The notes under the pieces were generated by a model. It had not been told where the DNA came from. It saw nothing but the letters and a program-made list of their open reading frames with translations, and ran no database searches. A stretch of DNA of 64,000 bases. It comes from a bacterium (GTDB taxonomy: Bacteria > UBA8248). The stretch is taken from NCBI GenBank assembly GCA_965202625.1, contig CBDBBI010000010.1:2816001-2880000 (forward strand). The letters are read 5' to 3'. Both the position numbers and the translations under genes were made by a program. Shown one piece after another: positions 52,156 to 61,388 of this stretch. Every line of letters starts with the position of its first letter. Position 1 is the first letter of the stretch.

Positions 52156-52938
52156 TCACGGCGCATAGCGTTCGAGGACGTTTTCCGCGTGCGCGCGAAC
52201 GTCGGAATTCGCGCTCTCCCGCCATTCCGCCAGCAGCGCCCCCCAGGAGCAGGAGACGAACGCCGCCTCGTCGCCCTCGACGTTTTTGGCGAAAGCCGCG
52301 ATCTCTTCCCGATGCCGGGCTTTCTTCTCCTTCTCGATACCCCTGCCGTCGGGCCAGGATTCCGGCTCCGCATATACGTAGAAGAGTATAGGCTTGCGGC
52401 CCGCGTATGCGCCGTCCGTCTGAACTTGCGTTCTGAGGCCGAAGGCGTGCTTGACGAGCTGGGCCGCGTCGAGACGTTCGTAGCGTCTCGGGTTCTGCTT
52501 GAGCACGTCCCGGACGCCCTCATAACCCTTCATGCGCGCGCCCCAGACCGGCCTCTCATACGCGGAGGAGAAACTGGCGGCCTTAGTTTCCCGAAAAGGC
52601 TCGAACCTTTTGGACTCGACCCCTATGAGCGCGGTCGGCGTGATGACCAGGACGTCCAGCACGGGATGGCGTCCGCCGCGCCAGGGGAAGCGAAGCGTCT
52701 CCTCGATGCGCACCTCGCCCGCCGGCCACCCCGCGCGCCCGCATCCGGGCAGGGGAGGCAGGGCACCCGCTCGATGGAGAAAAAATCCAAAGGCGTTGGC
52801 CGCGAGCGCGGCGGAGGATGTCGGGTTGTCGAACTTGCCTCTGCCAATTTCATCGCCCGGTGCCTTCTGAAAAGTTTTTTCCATCTCCTCGCGCGGAACG
52901 CCGGGCAGCCATCTGTCGGGACTGTTGCTTGCTGTCAT
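52156..52938 (-). CDS. Putative PD-(D/E)XK restriction endonuclease (PGN_0703-like)
   Basis: SSAALAANAF, E..LRF, LDV..GVESK..E and QLVKH. Confidence 0.65.
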   Translation of the reverse strand: MTASNSPDRWLPGVPREEMEKTFQKAPGDEIGRGKFDNPTSSAALAANAFGFFLHRAGALPPLPGCGRAGWPAGEVRIEETLRFPWRGGRHPVLDVLVITPTALIGVESKRFEPFRETKAASFSSAYERPVWGARMKGYEGVRDVLKQNPRRYERLDAAQLVKHAFGLRTQVQTDGAYAGRKPILFYVYAEPESWPDGRGIEKEKKARHREEIAAFAKNVEGDEAAFVSCSWGALLAEWRESANSDVRAHAENVLERYAP

Positions 52939-53072
52939 ATCAGCCGTCTCCTCAATATGGGGGAAATCACCTCATGCAATCCCAACCCGCATAGGTATAT
53001 ACCGAGAAACGGCGATTTTTCTCAGAAGGAAACGGTGATTTTATGAAATTTTGTTGCTTTTTCGGCTGATCG

Positions 53073-53279
53073 CACGCCCCCGCGCGCTCACCGCCAAAGC
53101 CGCCGCCGAGCGAAAAGCGGAGATAGACCGGCTGGCGGATGGCCTGTATAACCGCACGGAGGAGGAAATGGAGATGGTGGAAGAAGATAAAGGCGAAATT
53201 TTTATCTCCTCGGTTGCGGAGTTTCACGAGAAACTGCGCAAATTTGGGGGCGAAACCGGCTCTCTCTGTCGCGGCCAGA
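53073..53279 (+). pseudogene. Truncated third copy of the FRG-TPR unit (leader plus about 29 codons)
   Basis: Aligns with 56540-56747. EIFISSVAEFHEKLRKFGGETGSLCRGQ matches the FRG N-termini. Confidence 0.8.
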
Positions 53280-53399
53280 CCATCCGCCAGCCGGTCTATC
53301 TCCGCCGTCCTTTTGTAGAAGTGGCTCGCGGGGTACCGCCTTTCCTGATCATACTGCTGGTCGTTACCTGTCTGTTGGTCGCATTCCCTCAAATCGCCC
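53280..53399 (+). repeat. 120-bp inverted repeat, left arm (partner 54795-54914)
   Basis: Reverse complement matches the right arm with about 2 mismatches. Confidence 0.92.
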
Positions 53400-53428
53400 T
53401 GTTCCTACCGGAACTGGCCTATCGCTAA
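53307..53428 (+). pseudogene. C-terminal fragment of a TRAP transporter large permease (DctM-like)
   Basis: EVARGVPPFLIILLVVTCLLVAFPQIALFLP is the typical DctM C-terminus. Confidence 0.7.
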
Positions 53429-53448
53429 TCAAAAAACTGGAGAACTAA

Positions 53449-54426
53449 ATGTCAGGACATAGTTATGAAACAGGCCGCCTCGACCTGCCTTTTGTGGGCA
53501 TCTCGACCTTCGGCAAGAATCCGTATGTCTCGGATTGGGACAGTATTGACGCCGACATTGCCATCTTTGGCGCTCCCTTCGATTCAGGCTGTCAGTTCCG
53601 CTCGGGTGCAAGATTCGGCCCGCGTTCGATCCGCGAAGCTTCCACGCTGTTCAGTTTCGGACACGCAGGCGCTTATGATTACGAGGATGACGCAATATAT
53701 CTGGGCGAAGACGTACGGATCATCGATATCGGTGATGCGGACATCATCCATACTAAAACCGAGGAAAGTCACGCCAATATCGAATACGGGGTAAGGAAGA
53801 TTCTGGACGCGGGTGCCCTTCCAGTGACCATAGGAGGTGATCACTCAGTCAACATCCCATGTATCAGTGCTTTCGCAGACGACTGCGCCGAAAAAGGACC
53901 AATGCACGTCATCCAGTTTGACGCCCATCTGGATTTTGTTGACGAGCGTCATGGCGTCACCGCCGGCCACGGCAATCCCATGCGTCGGGCGATTGAAAAA
54001 GACTATGTGTCGGGGATGACGCAGCTGGGTATGAGAAATGTATCTTCGACGGCAAAAGAGGGTTACGACGATGCCCGCGCGCGCGGATCAGACATCCTGT
54101 CTGTACGACAGGTGCGCAAATTGGGGACAGCCGCTGTGCTGGAGCGCGTGCCCGAACGCGTCCGGTATTACGTGACCATCGACATTGACGCATTTTGCCC
54201 TTCAATCGCACCGGGTACAGGCACACCAAGTCATGGCGGTTTTATGTACTATGATGTGCTTGAGTTGCTTCAGGGCCTGAGCAAGCGCGGGGAGGTGGTC
54301 GGGATTGATCTTGTCGAAGTCGCGCCAGCATACGACTCTGGTGAAATCACTCAAATTCTTGCAGCACAGCTGTTGTTAAATCTGATCGGGTTCGTTTTCC
54401 ACAACAAGCTAAAAAAACTTACCTGA
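53449..54426 (+). CDS. speB: Agmatinase/ureohydrolase-family enzyme
   Basis: GARFGP, GGDHS, DAHLD, DID..PGTGTP and DLVEVAP. GC is clearly lower than the host background. Confidence 0.85.
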   Translation: MSGHSYETGRLDLPFVGISTFGKNPYVSDWDSIDADIAIFGAPFDSGCQFRSGARFGPRSIREASTLFSFGHAGAYDYEDDAIYLGEDVRIIDIGDADIIHTKTEESHANIEYGVRKILDAGALPVTIGGDHSVNIPCISAFADDCAEKGPMHVIQFDAHLDFVDERHGVTAGHGNPMRRAIEKDYVSGMTQLGMRNVSSTAKEGYDDARARGSDILSVRQVRKLGTAAVLERVPERVRYYVTIDIDAFCPSIAPGTGTPSHGGFMYYDVLELLQGLSKRGEVVGIDLVEVAPAYDSGEITQILAAQLLLNLIGFVFHNKLKKLT

Positions 54427-54794
54427 TTACCCATAAACCTCAGCCAGCTTTAGCAGCCGATAGGGCATCGGTGGCGTCCTTACCGCGACATAGCCTAAGC
54501 GAGGAAGCATGTCTTTTAAGCTAAATCGTCGGTTAACGCGGTAACAGAACCCGGCCAAATAGCGAGATAGATGGTTGTGATCGCCTCCAATGGCGTGACA
54601 GGTCCCGGTCATCGAATTCCTGACGTTTCCCATCAGGGTGTTGAGCCACGTAAACGCTTCCCTGTTCACACGCCTGGGGCGACCTCCAGTCACGAGGCGC
54701 TTATGCGCACAACCTGCGGCGGTCACCGCGGAGCAGCAGGCCAGGCCATCGGATACCACGACACGCCCTGACGCCAGGTGCTGTCTGGGCCAGC
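54422..54794 (-). mobile_element. IS1595-family remnant (transposase C-terminus plus probable terminal repeat)
   Basis: SDGL, WLNTLMGN..GTCH and RYLAGFCYRVNRR. The end sequence is CCTGATTACCCATAAACCTCAGCC. Confidence 0.8.
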
Positions 54795-54914
54795 GGGCGA
54801 TTTGAGGGAATGCGACCAACAGACAGGTAACGACCAGCAGTATGATCAAGAAAGGCGGTACCCCGCGAGCCACTTCTACAAAAGGACGGCGGAAATAGAC
54901 CGGCTGGCGGATGG
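54795..54914 (-). repeat. 120-bp inverted repeat, right arm
   Basis: Reverse complement of 53280-53399. Confidence 0.92.
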
Positions 54915-54962
54915 CTTGTATAACCTCACGGAGGAGGAAATGGAGTCTGTGGAAGGTAAAGC

Positions 54963-56525
54963 ATGAGCGAAATCTGTGTCGCCTCGGTTGCGGAGTTTCA
55001 CGCGAAACTGCGCAAACTGGAGGGCGAAACCGACTTTCTCTATCGTGGCCAGGCCGACGCCGCATGGCCGGTAGATTGCGCAGCCGCCCGACGCTTGAAA
55101 AATAACCCCGCCGCTCCCATTGAAGAGCAACTGATGAGCCAGCTCCTGGTAGGCTACCTGGAGTTTCTCATCGACAGGGCAAGAATGCGGGGTTTTCTCC
55201 CCCCCGATGGTTTTGACCAAAACTCCACCGACCTGGAGCTGATGGCACAACTGCAGCATCAGGGGGCGGCCACCGGGCTGATAGATTTTACCCGCCAGCC
55301 GCTGGTCGCTCTATGGTTCGCCTGCAATGAACATAGAGAAAAAAACGGCGCTGTCTATCTTCTCCCCCGCTCCGCTATAGAAGAGATGAAAAGACGCGAA
55401 GACACGAAGAAGAAAATAGAATCTCTCTATAAGGAAAACAAATTGCGGGCGTGGGAGGTTGCAGCACTGGGCAACCGCATTGTCGCCCAAAGCTCCGTCC
55501 TGGTTTTCGGTTTGCCCATGATCGCCTCTAGCAAGATGGAAAGGCTCATCGTCAAGGCGGAAAACAAAAGCGCCGTCATTAAGGAACTGGACGCGCTGTA
55601 TGGCGTCAACGAGGAAACGCTGTTTTCTGATTTTTCAGGATACGCCGTGGCGAACTCTTCCAGCAAGGCCTTTGACGTTGGGCAAACTATTTCCTACTGG
55701 GAAGAACAAATTGAATCGGCGTCAGGCGAGACCGAAAAGGCGAAGGCGCATTTTCAGTGCGGGGTAGCCTATAGCGCAATTCGTGAGCATGAGGAAGCCA
55801 TCGAACATTATGACGCAGCAATAGCAGGCTATAAGGCGATAAAAGTGGGCTATAACGAGGTGATAGCCCTCGATCCGCAACTTGCCTTAGCCTACAACAA
55901 TCGCGGCACTGCCAAGGCGGCTCTAGGCAAGTATGAGGAAGCGATAGCGGATTATGACAAGGCGATAGCCCTCAATGACAAGGCGATTGACTTCAATCCG
56001 CAATATGCCGAAGCTTACAGCAATCGTGGCGTTGCCAAGGCGGCTCTACGCAGGTATGAGGAAGCGATATCGGACTATGACAAAGCAATAGCCCTCAATC
56101 CGCAATATGCCGAAGCTTACAGCAATCGTGGCGTTGCCAAGGCGGATCTAGGCCAACATCAGGAAGCGATGGCGGACTTTGGCAAGGCGATAGACCTCAA
56201 GCCGCAATATGCCATATTGTATAACAATCGCGGCTTTGGGAATCAGGCTCTCGGCCACCATCAGGAAGCGATAGCGGATTATGACAAGGCGATACGCCTC
56301 AACCCGCAATATGCCTTAGCTTATTGTAATCGCGGCAATGCTCACTTATGCCTGGGCGCATGGCGAGAGGCCGAGAAAGATTTGACGAAAGCCAGGGACG
56401 TGGGGGGCGATGTCGTCGCCGAGTTCCAGAAAGATTACGGAAGCGTCGAGAAATTCGAGAAGCAATTCAGCGTCACCCTGCCTGATTATATTAAAGCCCT
56501 GCTCAATCCGCCGCCGGAAGGCTGA
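54963..56525 (+). CDS. FRG-domain protein with about 6 TPR repeats
   Basis: LYRGQ, LQHQG..T.LIDFT..PLVALWFAC and NRIVAQSS, followed by 34-aa AYNNRG..EAIADYDKAI..NP repeats. Confidence 0.9.
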   Translation: MSEICVASVAEFHAKLRKLEGETDFLYRGQADAAWPVDCAAARRLKNNPAAPIEEQLMSQLLVGYLEFLIDRARMRGFLPPDGFDQNSTDLELMAQLQHQGAATGLIDFTRQPLVALWFACNEHREKNGAVYLLPRSAIEEMKRREDTKKKIESLYKENKLRAWEVAALGNRIVAQSSVLVFGLPMIASSKMERLIVKAENKSAVIKELDALYGVNEETLFSDFSGYAVANSSSKAFDVGQTISYWEEQIESASGETEKAKAHFQCGVAYSAIREHEEAIEHYDAAIAGYKAIKVGYNEVIALDPQLALAYNNRGTAKAALGKYEEAIADYDKAIALNDKAIDFNPQYAEAYSNRGVAKAALRRYEEAISDYDKAIALNPQYAEAYSNRGVAKADLGQHQEAMADFGKAIDLKPQYAILYNNRGFGNQALGHHQEAIADYDKAIRLNPQYALAYCNRGNAHLCLGAWREAEKDLTKARDVGGDVVAEFQKDYGSVEKFEKQFSVTLPDYIKALLNPPPEG

Positions 56526-56657
56526 CGCCGCGCCCGGCTCACGCCCCCACGCGCTCATCGGCGAGGCCACTGCCGAGCGAAAAGCGGAAATAGACCGGCT
56601 GGCGGATGGTCTGTATAACCTCATGGAGGAGAAAATCGAGTCTGTGGAAGGTAAAGC

Positions 56658-57425
56658 ATGAGCGAAATTTTTATCGCCTCGGTTGCGGAGTTTCACGCGA
56701 AACTACCCAAACTGGAAGGCGAAACCGGTTTTTTCTATCGCGGCCAGGCCGACTCCGCATGGCCGGTGGATTGCGCAGCCGCCCGACGCTTGAAAAATAA
56801 ACCCGCCAGTCCCATTGAAGAGCAACTGATGAGCGATATCGTGATAAACAATCTCGTAACCTACATGGAGATTCTCATTGCCAGAGCCAGAATGCGTGGT
56901 TTTCTCCCCGATGGCTTTGACCAAACCTCCACCGATTTGGAGCTGATGGCGCAGCTGCAGCATCAGGGGGCGGCGACCGGGCTGATGGATTTTACCCGCC
57001 AGCCGCTGGTCGCTCTATGGTTCGCATGTAATGAACGCAGAGCAGAAGACGGCGCTTTCTATGTTCTCCCCCGCTCCGATATAGAAGAGATAAGAACACG
57101 CGAGGACACGGAGGAGGAAATAAAATTTTTCTATAAGGAAAGCAAATTGTGGGCGTGGGAGGTTTCGGCGCTGGGCAACCGCATCGTGGCCCAGAGCTCC
57201 GTCATGGTTTTCGGCTTGCCCATGATCGCTTCAAACGCGATGAAAAAGATTATCATCAAGGGGAAAAATAAACGCGCCGTCGTTGCGGAACTGAACGACT
57301 TGTATGGCGTCAACGAGGAAACGCTGTTTTCTGATTTTTCAGGATACGCCGTAGCGAACTCTTCCAGTAAAGCCTTTGACTTTGAGCAAATTATTTCCTA
57401 CTCCTACTGGAAAAGAACAAATTGA
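56658..57425 (+). CDS. FRG-domain protein (paralogue, split from its TPR half)
   Basis: Same FRG motifs as 54963 and highly similar to it. Confidence 0.85.
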   Translation: MSEIFIASVAEFHAKLPKLEGETGFFYRGQADSAWPVDCAAARRLKNKPASPIEEQLMSDIVINNLVTYMEILIARARMRGFLPDGFDQTSTDLELMAQLQHQGAATGLMDFTRQPLVALWFACNERRAEDGAFYVLPRSDIEEIRTREDTEEEIKFFYKESKLWAWEVSALGNRIVAQSSVMVFGLPMIASNAMKKIIIKGKNKRAVVAELNDLYGVNEETLFSDFSGYAVANSSSKAFDFEQIISYSYWKRTN

Positions 57426-58939
57426 CTACTGAGAAGAATAAATCAAATCGGCGGCAGGCAAAAAAACAAATTGATGAATTGGCATTATACAAGATCGAAA
57501 AGGCGGAAGCGGAATTTCGTTGTGGGGTAACCTATAGCGCAATTCGTGAGTATGAGAAAGCCATTGAGCATTATGACGAGGCGATAGCTCTCAATTCCCA
57601 ATATGCCAACGCCTACCACGGGCGCGGCATCGCCAAGGCTATACTAGGCCAACATAAGAAAGCGATAGAGGACTATGACGAGGCGATAGCTCTCAATCCG
57701 CAATATGCCGCAGCCTACCACGGGCGCGGCGTTGCCAGGGCGGCTCTCGGCCACCATCAGGAAGCGATAGCGGACTATGACGAGGCGATAGCCCGCAATC
57801 CGCAATATGCCGAAGCCTACAACAATCGCGGCCTTGCCAAGGCTGAACTAGACCAATATCAGGAAGCTATAGCGGATTATGGCAAGGCGATAGCCCGCAA
57901 TCCGCAACTTGCCGTAGCCTACAACAATCGCGGCAATGCCGAGCAGGCTATAGACCAACATAAGGAAGCGATAGCGGATTATGACAAAGCAGTAGCCCTC
58001 GATCCGCAACTTGCCTTAGCCTACAATAATCGCGGCAATGCCAAGGCTGAACTAGACCAACATCAGGAAGCGATAGCGGACTATGACAAAGCAATAACCC
58101 TCAAGCCACAGCTTGTCGAAGCCTTCTGCAATCGCGGCACTGCCAAGGCTGAACTAGGCGAACCTCAGGAAGCGATAGCGGACTATGACAAAGCAATAAC
58201 CCTCAAGCCGCGATATGCCTTAGCCTACAACGGTCGCGGCAATGCCAAGGTTGAACTAGACCACCATCAGGAAGCGATAGCGGACTATGACAAGGCAATC
58301 GATATCGATCCGCAACTTGCCTTAGCCTACAATAATCGCGGCAATGTCAAGCGATCTCTCGGCCACCATCAGGAAGCGATAGCGGACTATGACAAAGCAA
58401 TCGCCCTCAATCCGCAATATGCCGAAGCCTACAACGGTCGCGGCAATGCCAAGGTTGAACTAGACCACCATCAGGAAGCGATAGCGGACTATGACAAGGC
58501 AATCGACCTCAATCCGAAATATGCCAAAGCTTACAGCAATCGCGGCGTTGCCAAGCAGGCTCTAGACAAACCTCAGGAAGCGATAGCGGACTTTAACGCA
58601 GCAACAACCCTCAATCGGCAATATGTCGCAGCCTACTACAATCGCGGCAATGCCAAGGCGGCTCTAGGCAAACGCGAGGAAGCGATGGAGGACTATGACA
58701 AAGCAATAGCCCTTGATCCGCAATATGCCGCAGCCTACAGCAATCGCGGCCTTGCCCACTTATGCCTGGGCGCATGGCGAGAGGCCGAGGAAGATTTGAC
58801 GAGAGCCAGGGACGTGGGGGTCAACGTCGCTGCCGCGTTCCAGCGAGGTTACGGAAGCGTCGAGAAATTCGAGAAGCAATTCAGCGTCACCCTGCCTGAG
58901 AGCATCAAAGCCCTGCTTGAGCCGCCGGCGGAAGGCTGA
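57422..58939 (+). CDS. TPR-repeat protein (13 repeats), C-terminal half of the split FRG-TPR paralogue
   Basis: 102-bp repeats. The C-terminal cap is nearly identical to that of 54963..56525. The TTG start overlaps the FRG stop. Confidence 0.85.
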   Translation: MTTEKNKSNRRQAKKQIDELALYKIEKAEAEFRCGVTYSAIREYEKAIEHYDEAIALNSQYANAYHGRGIAKAILGQHKKAIEDYDEAIALNPQYAAAYHGRGVARAALGHHQEAIADYDEAIARNPQYAEAYNNRGLAKAELDQYQEAIADYGKAIARNPQLAVAYNNRGNAEQAIDQHKEAIADYDKAVALDPQLALAYNNRGNAKAELDQHQEAIADYDKAITLKPQLVEAFCNRGTAKAELGEPQEAIADYDKAITLKPRYALAYNGRGNAKVELDHHQEAIADYDKAIDIDPQLALAYNNRGNVKRSLGHHQEAIADYDKAIALNPQYAEAYNGRGNAKVELDHHQEAIADYDKAIDLNPKYAKAYSNRGVAKQALDKPQEAIADFNAATTLNRQYVAAYYNRGNAKAALGKREEAMEDYDKAIALDPQYAAAYSNRGLAHLCLGAWREAEEDLTRARDVGVNVAAAFQRGYGSVEKFEKQFSVTLPESIKALLEPPAEG

Positions 58940-58952
58940 CGCCGCGCCCGGC

Positions 58953-60245
58953 TCAAGTCCCCACCCGCTCATTGGCGAGGCGCGCGATGGCGGAGGCGAG
59001 GATTTCCGCCCCCTTCACCACGTCGCCAAAGTGGGTGAACTCCTCCGGCGTGTGAGAGAGGCCCTTCACCGAGGGGATGAACACCATGCCCATCGGGCAT
59101 ATTTCCGCCATGCGGCAGGCGTCGTGCACTCCGCCGCTTGAGAGCGTGAGCGCGGAGTGGCCCGTCTCGGCGGAGGCGCGGCGCAGCGCCCTCTGAACCT
59201 TCGCGGAGGTGGGGCGGACGGGCATCTCCGAGACGTCTAGGAGGCGGCCCCGCACCCCGCGCTCCTTCTCGATTGCGGCGAGGGTCGTTTCCATGCGCGC
59301 GAGGGCGCGCGTCATCGCCGCCTGGCTCCGGCTTCTGAGGTCGAAGGAGAGCCGCGCCCCTCCGGGAACGATGGATATCCAGCCCGGATGCGCTTCCATC
59401 TCCCCGAAGGTGAGAGTGAGGCGCTGGGAGGCGGGCGCGCTGCGCACCATGCGCTCCATCCGCACCATGAAATCCGCCGCCGCCATGCCGGCGTCCTTGC
59501 GGTAGGGCATGGGCTGTCCGCCCGAGTGGGCCGTGACGCCCTCAAAGCGAACCTCGCCCCGCGCGTAGCCCACCACCCGATCCACGATCCCGATGGGCGT
59601 CTGCCTGGATTCCAGAACCGGGCCCTGCTCGATGTGCAGCTCGAGGAACGCCTTGAGCGCACCCTTTGGAATGCGGCAAGCGCGCACGCGCGCGGGGTTT
59701 CCGCCCATGTTTTCGATGGCCGCATACAGAGATTTTCCGGTGGGCGGATGGAGCGTTTTTCGCAAATCTCTCACGCCCACAAGGCCCGCCGCGACGCTGC
59801 TGCCGAACACCGTCATTCCGCAGGCGGATTCCTCTCCCACGAAGGCCACCACCTCGATGGGGTGATCGTGGGCGAGACCCGTCTCGGCGATGCGCCGCGC
59901 CGCCTCGAGAGCCGTGAGGACGCCCGCCGGGCCGTCGAACCGACCGCCCGGGCTTTGCGAGTCGAGATGCGAGCCGGCCATCACGGCGGGCAGCCCCCGC
60001 CGGCGGCCCTCTTTTCTGCCGTATAGGTTTCCCACGGCGTCCACGCGCGTCTGGAGGCCCGCCTCCCGCATCCATCCCTCGACGAGGGTGCGCACCTGGT
60101 TGTAGGCCGGCGTGAACGCCACGCGGTCAAGACCCGTTTTTCCGTATTTGCCGATCTCGGCCTGGGCGTTGAACTCGCGCCTTATGCGGGCGCGGTTCGC
60201 GCGAAGGGGAAATGCGTTTGCCGGGGGCATGGCCGGGTTCCTCAC
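58953..60245 (-). CDS. Zn-dependent N-carbamoyl-amino acid/allantoate amidohydrolase (M20 family)
   Basis: DAVGN, GSHLDS..GGRFDG, GEE, ELHIEQGP, HSG, HDA and SHTPEE. The start may be at 60230. Confidence 0.9.
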   Translation of the reverse strand: MRNPAMPPANAFPLRANRARIRREFNAQAEIGKYGKTGLDRVAFTPAYNQVRTLVEGWMREAGLQTRVDAVGNLYGRKEGRRRGLPAVMAGSHLDSQSPGGRFDGPAGVLTALEAARRIAETGLAHDHPIEVVAFVGEESACGMTVFGSSVAAGLVGVRDLRKTLHPPTGKSLYAAIENMGGNPARVRACRIPKGALKAFLELHIEQGPVLESRQTPIGIVDRVVGYARGEVRFEGVTAHSGGQPMPYRKDAGMAAADFMVRMERMVRSAPASQRLTLTFGEMEAHPGWISIVPGGARLSFDLRSRSQAAMTRALARMETTLAAIEKERGVRGRLLDVSEMPVRPTSAKVQRALRRASAETGHSALTLSSGGVHDACRMAEICPMGMVFIPSVKGLSHTPEEFTHFGDVVKGAEILASAIARLANERVGT

Positions 60246-60261
60246 GATGCGCGTATCAGGG

Positions 60262-61014
60262 CTAGAAGAGCTCCCCCGGCATGGGGACTTCCTCGTAGTC
60301 CTCGGGACGCAAGGGATCTTTCGGCCGAATCTCCAACATGCCGAAGTAGTGATAGGTCTGCCTTAAATGCTGAAAGGCGTGGCCCAGGGCGAGGAGCATC
60401 AATGCGCGCACGGAGATGGTGCCCATGTAGCTTGACACCTCTTTGGAGAGCGCATCGTCCCCCTCGGCGAGAAAATCGACGAGCCGCACCTGGACTTCAT
60501 CCCCGTAGGCGCAGACGTCCTCCGGTGTGCGGTAGTCGTTCGCCTTGGCCTCGTATTGCCGCACCATCTCCTCGGTGTATTCTCCCGAGGCATGGGACTG
60601 CATCACCAGGTCCGGCCGCTCGAAGGAGTGCCAGGTGAGCTGGCGGAGCGTTCTGGGCCTGCCGGGGGAAACCCAGTCGAGCGTCTCCTGCGGAATCTGG
60701 CGAATCGCTCGGCGCAAGGCGTCGAACGCCATCTCGAAGTAGCGCAGCATTTCCTCCGCAGAGAGGCCGCTCGCTCCTTCTTGCGGGACGTCAAAGGCGC
60801 TCCGGAGCGCGTCCACGTCGTAGCCCACCACCACGTCCGCCCCCCGAACGGAGACGGGCAGGGATTTCACTCCCAGCGCCTCAAGTTCCGCCTGGGCCTC
60901 CGCGTCGTTCGTGCAGTCTCTGTTGATGACTTCCAGGCCGTTCGACGAGAGAAACTCTCTCGTGAGAGCACAGGTGTATCAGCCGTGCCGCGTATAGACC
61001 TTGACCGCTTCCAT
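60262..61014 (-). CDS. Predicted selenoprotein: glutaredoxin-like (UxxC) domain fused to a DinB-family domain
   Basis: ATG at 61014 gives MEAVKVYTRHG-TGA-YTCALTREFL, in frame with ORF 60262..60870. DinB His motifs WHSF and HAFQH are present. Confidence 0.8.
60945..60963 (-). promoter_or_regulatory. Putative bacterial SECIS hairpin
   Basis: ACGAGAG-AGUUU-CUCUCGU starts 16 nt after the UGA (60981-60979), with GU in the apical loop. Confidence 0.65.
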
Positions 61015-61388
61015 GGTTTCTCTCCTGAATGATGAAAGATGCGCGAACCATACCAAAACGGCGGAGCCTGGGAAAACGCCGGAAGGAGGGCGGCTGGCGG
61101 ATGGAGCGCGCGTGCTTTACTATTGCGGAACCATCCGGGCGGAACCATCCGGAACATTATGGAACCATTCGGAATAGGGTCGCGCGTCTGGCCCGGCGGA
61201 TGCCTGGAGGGTGCTCTGAAACGTCTCGGTGGTTCGTGAAGGGCGAAGCGGATGGTTTCTGCGTCCTGCGGATGGACAACTGATTCGTCCTGCGTCTTCG
61301 GCCTGCGGACAACTGAGCGAGAAGGCGTCTTGACCGCCGCCGCGCGGCTTCTGGATGGGATGGGCGCTTCGCGCCGTATGGAGAGGAG

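Noticed and set aside
53280-54914. Composite transposon
   Set aside because: The inverted repeat arms derive from gene fragments. No intact transposase or target-site duplication is seen.
54427-55065. 212-aa minus-strand ORF as a real gene
   Set aside because: Chimeric read-through of antisense FRG, the inverted dctM fragment and the IS1595 tail.
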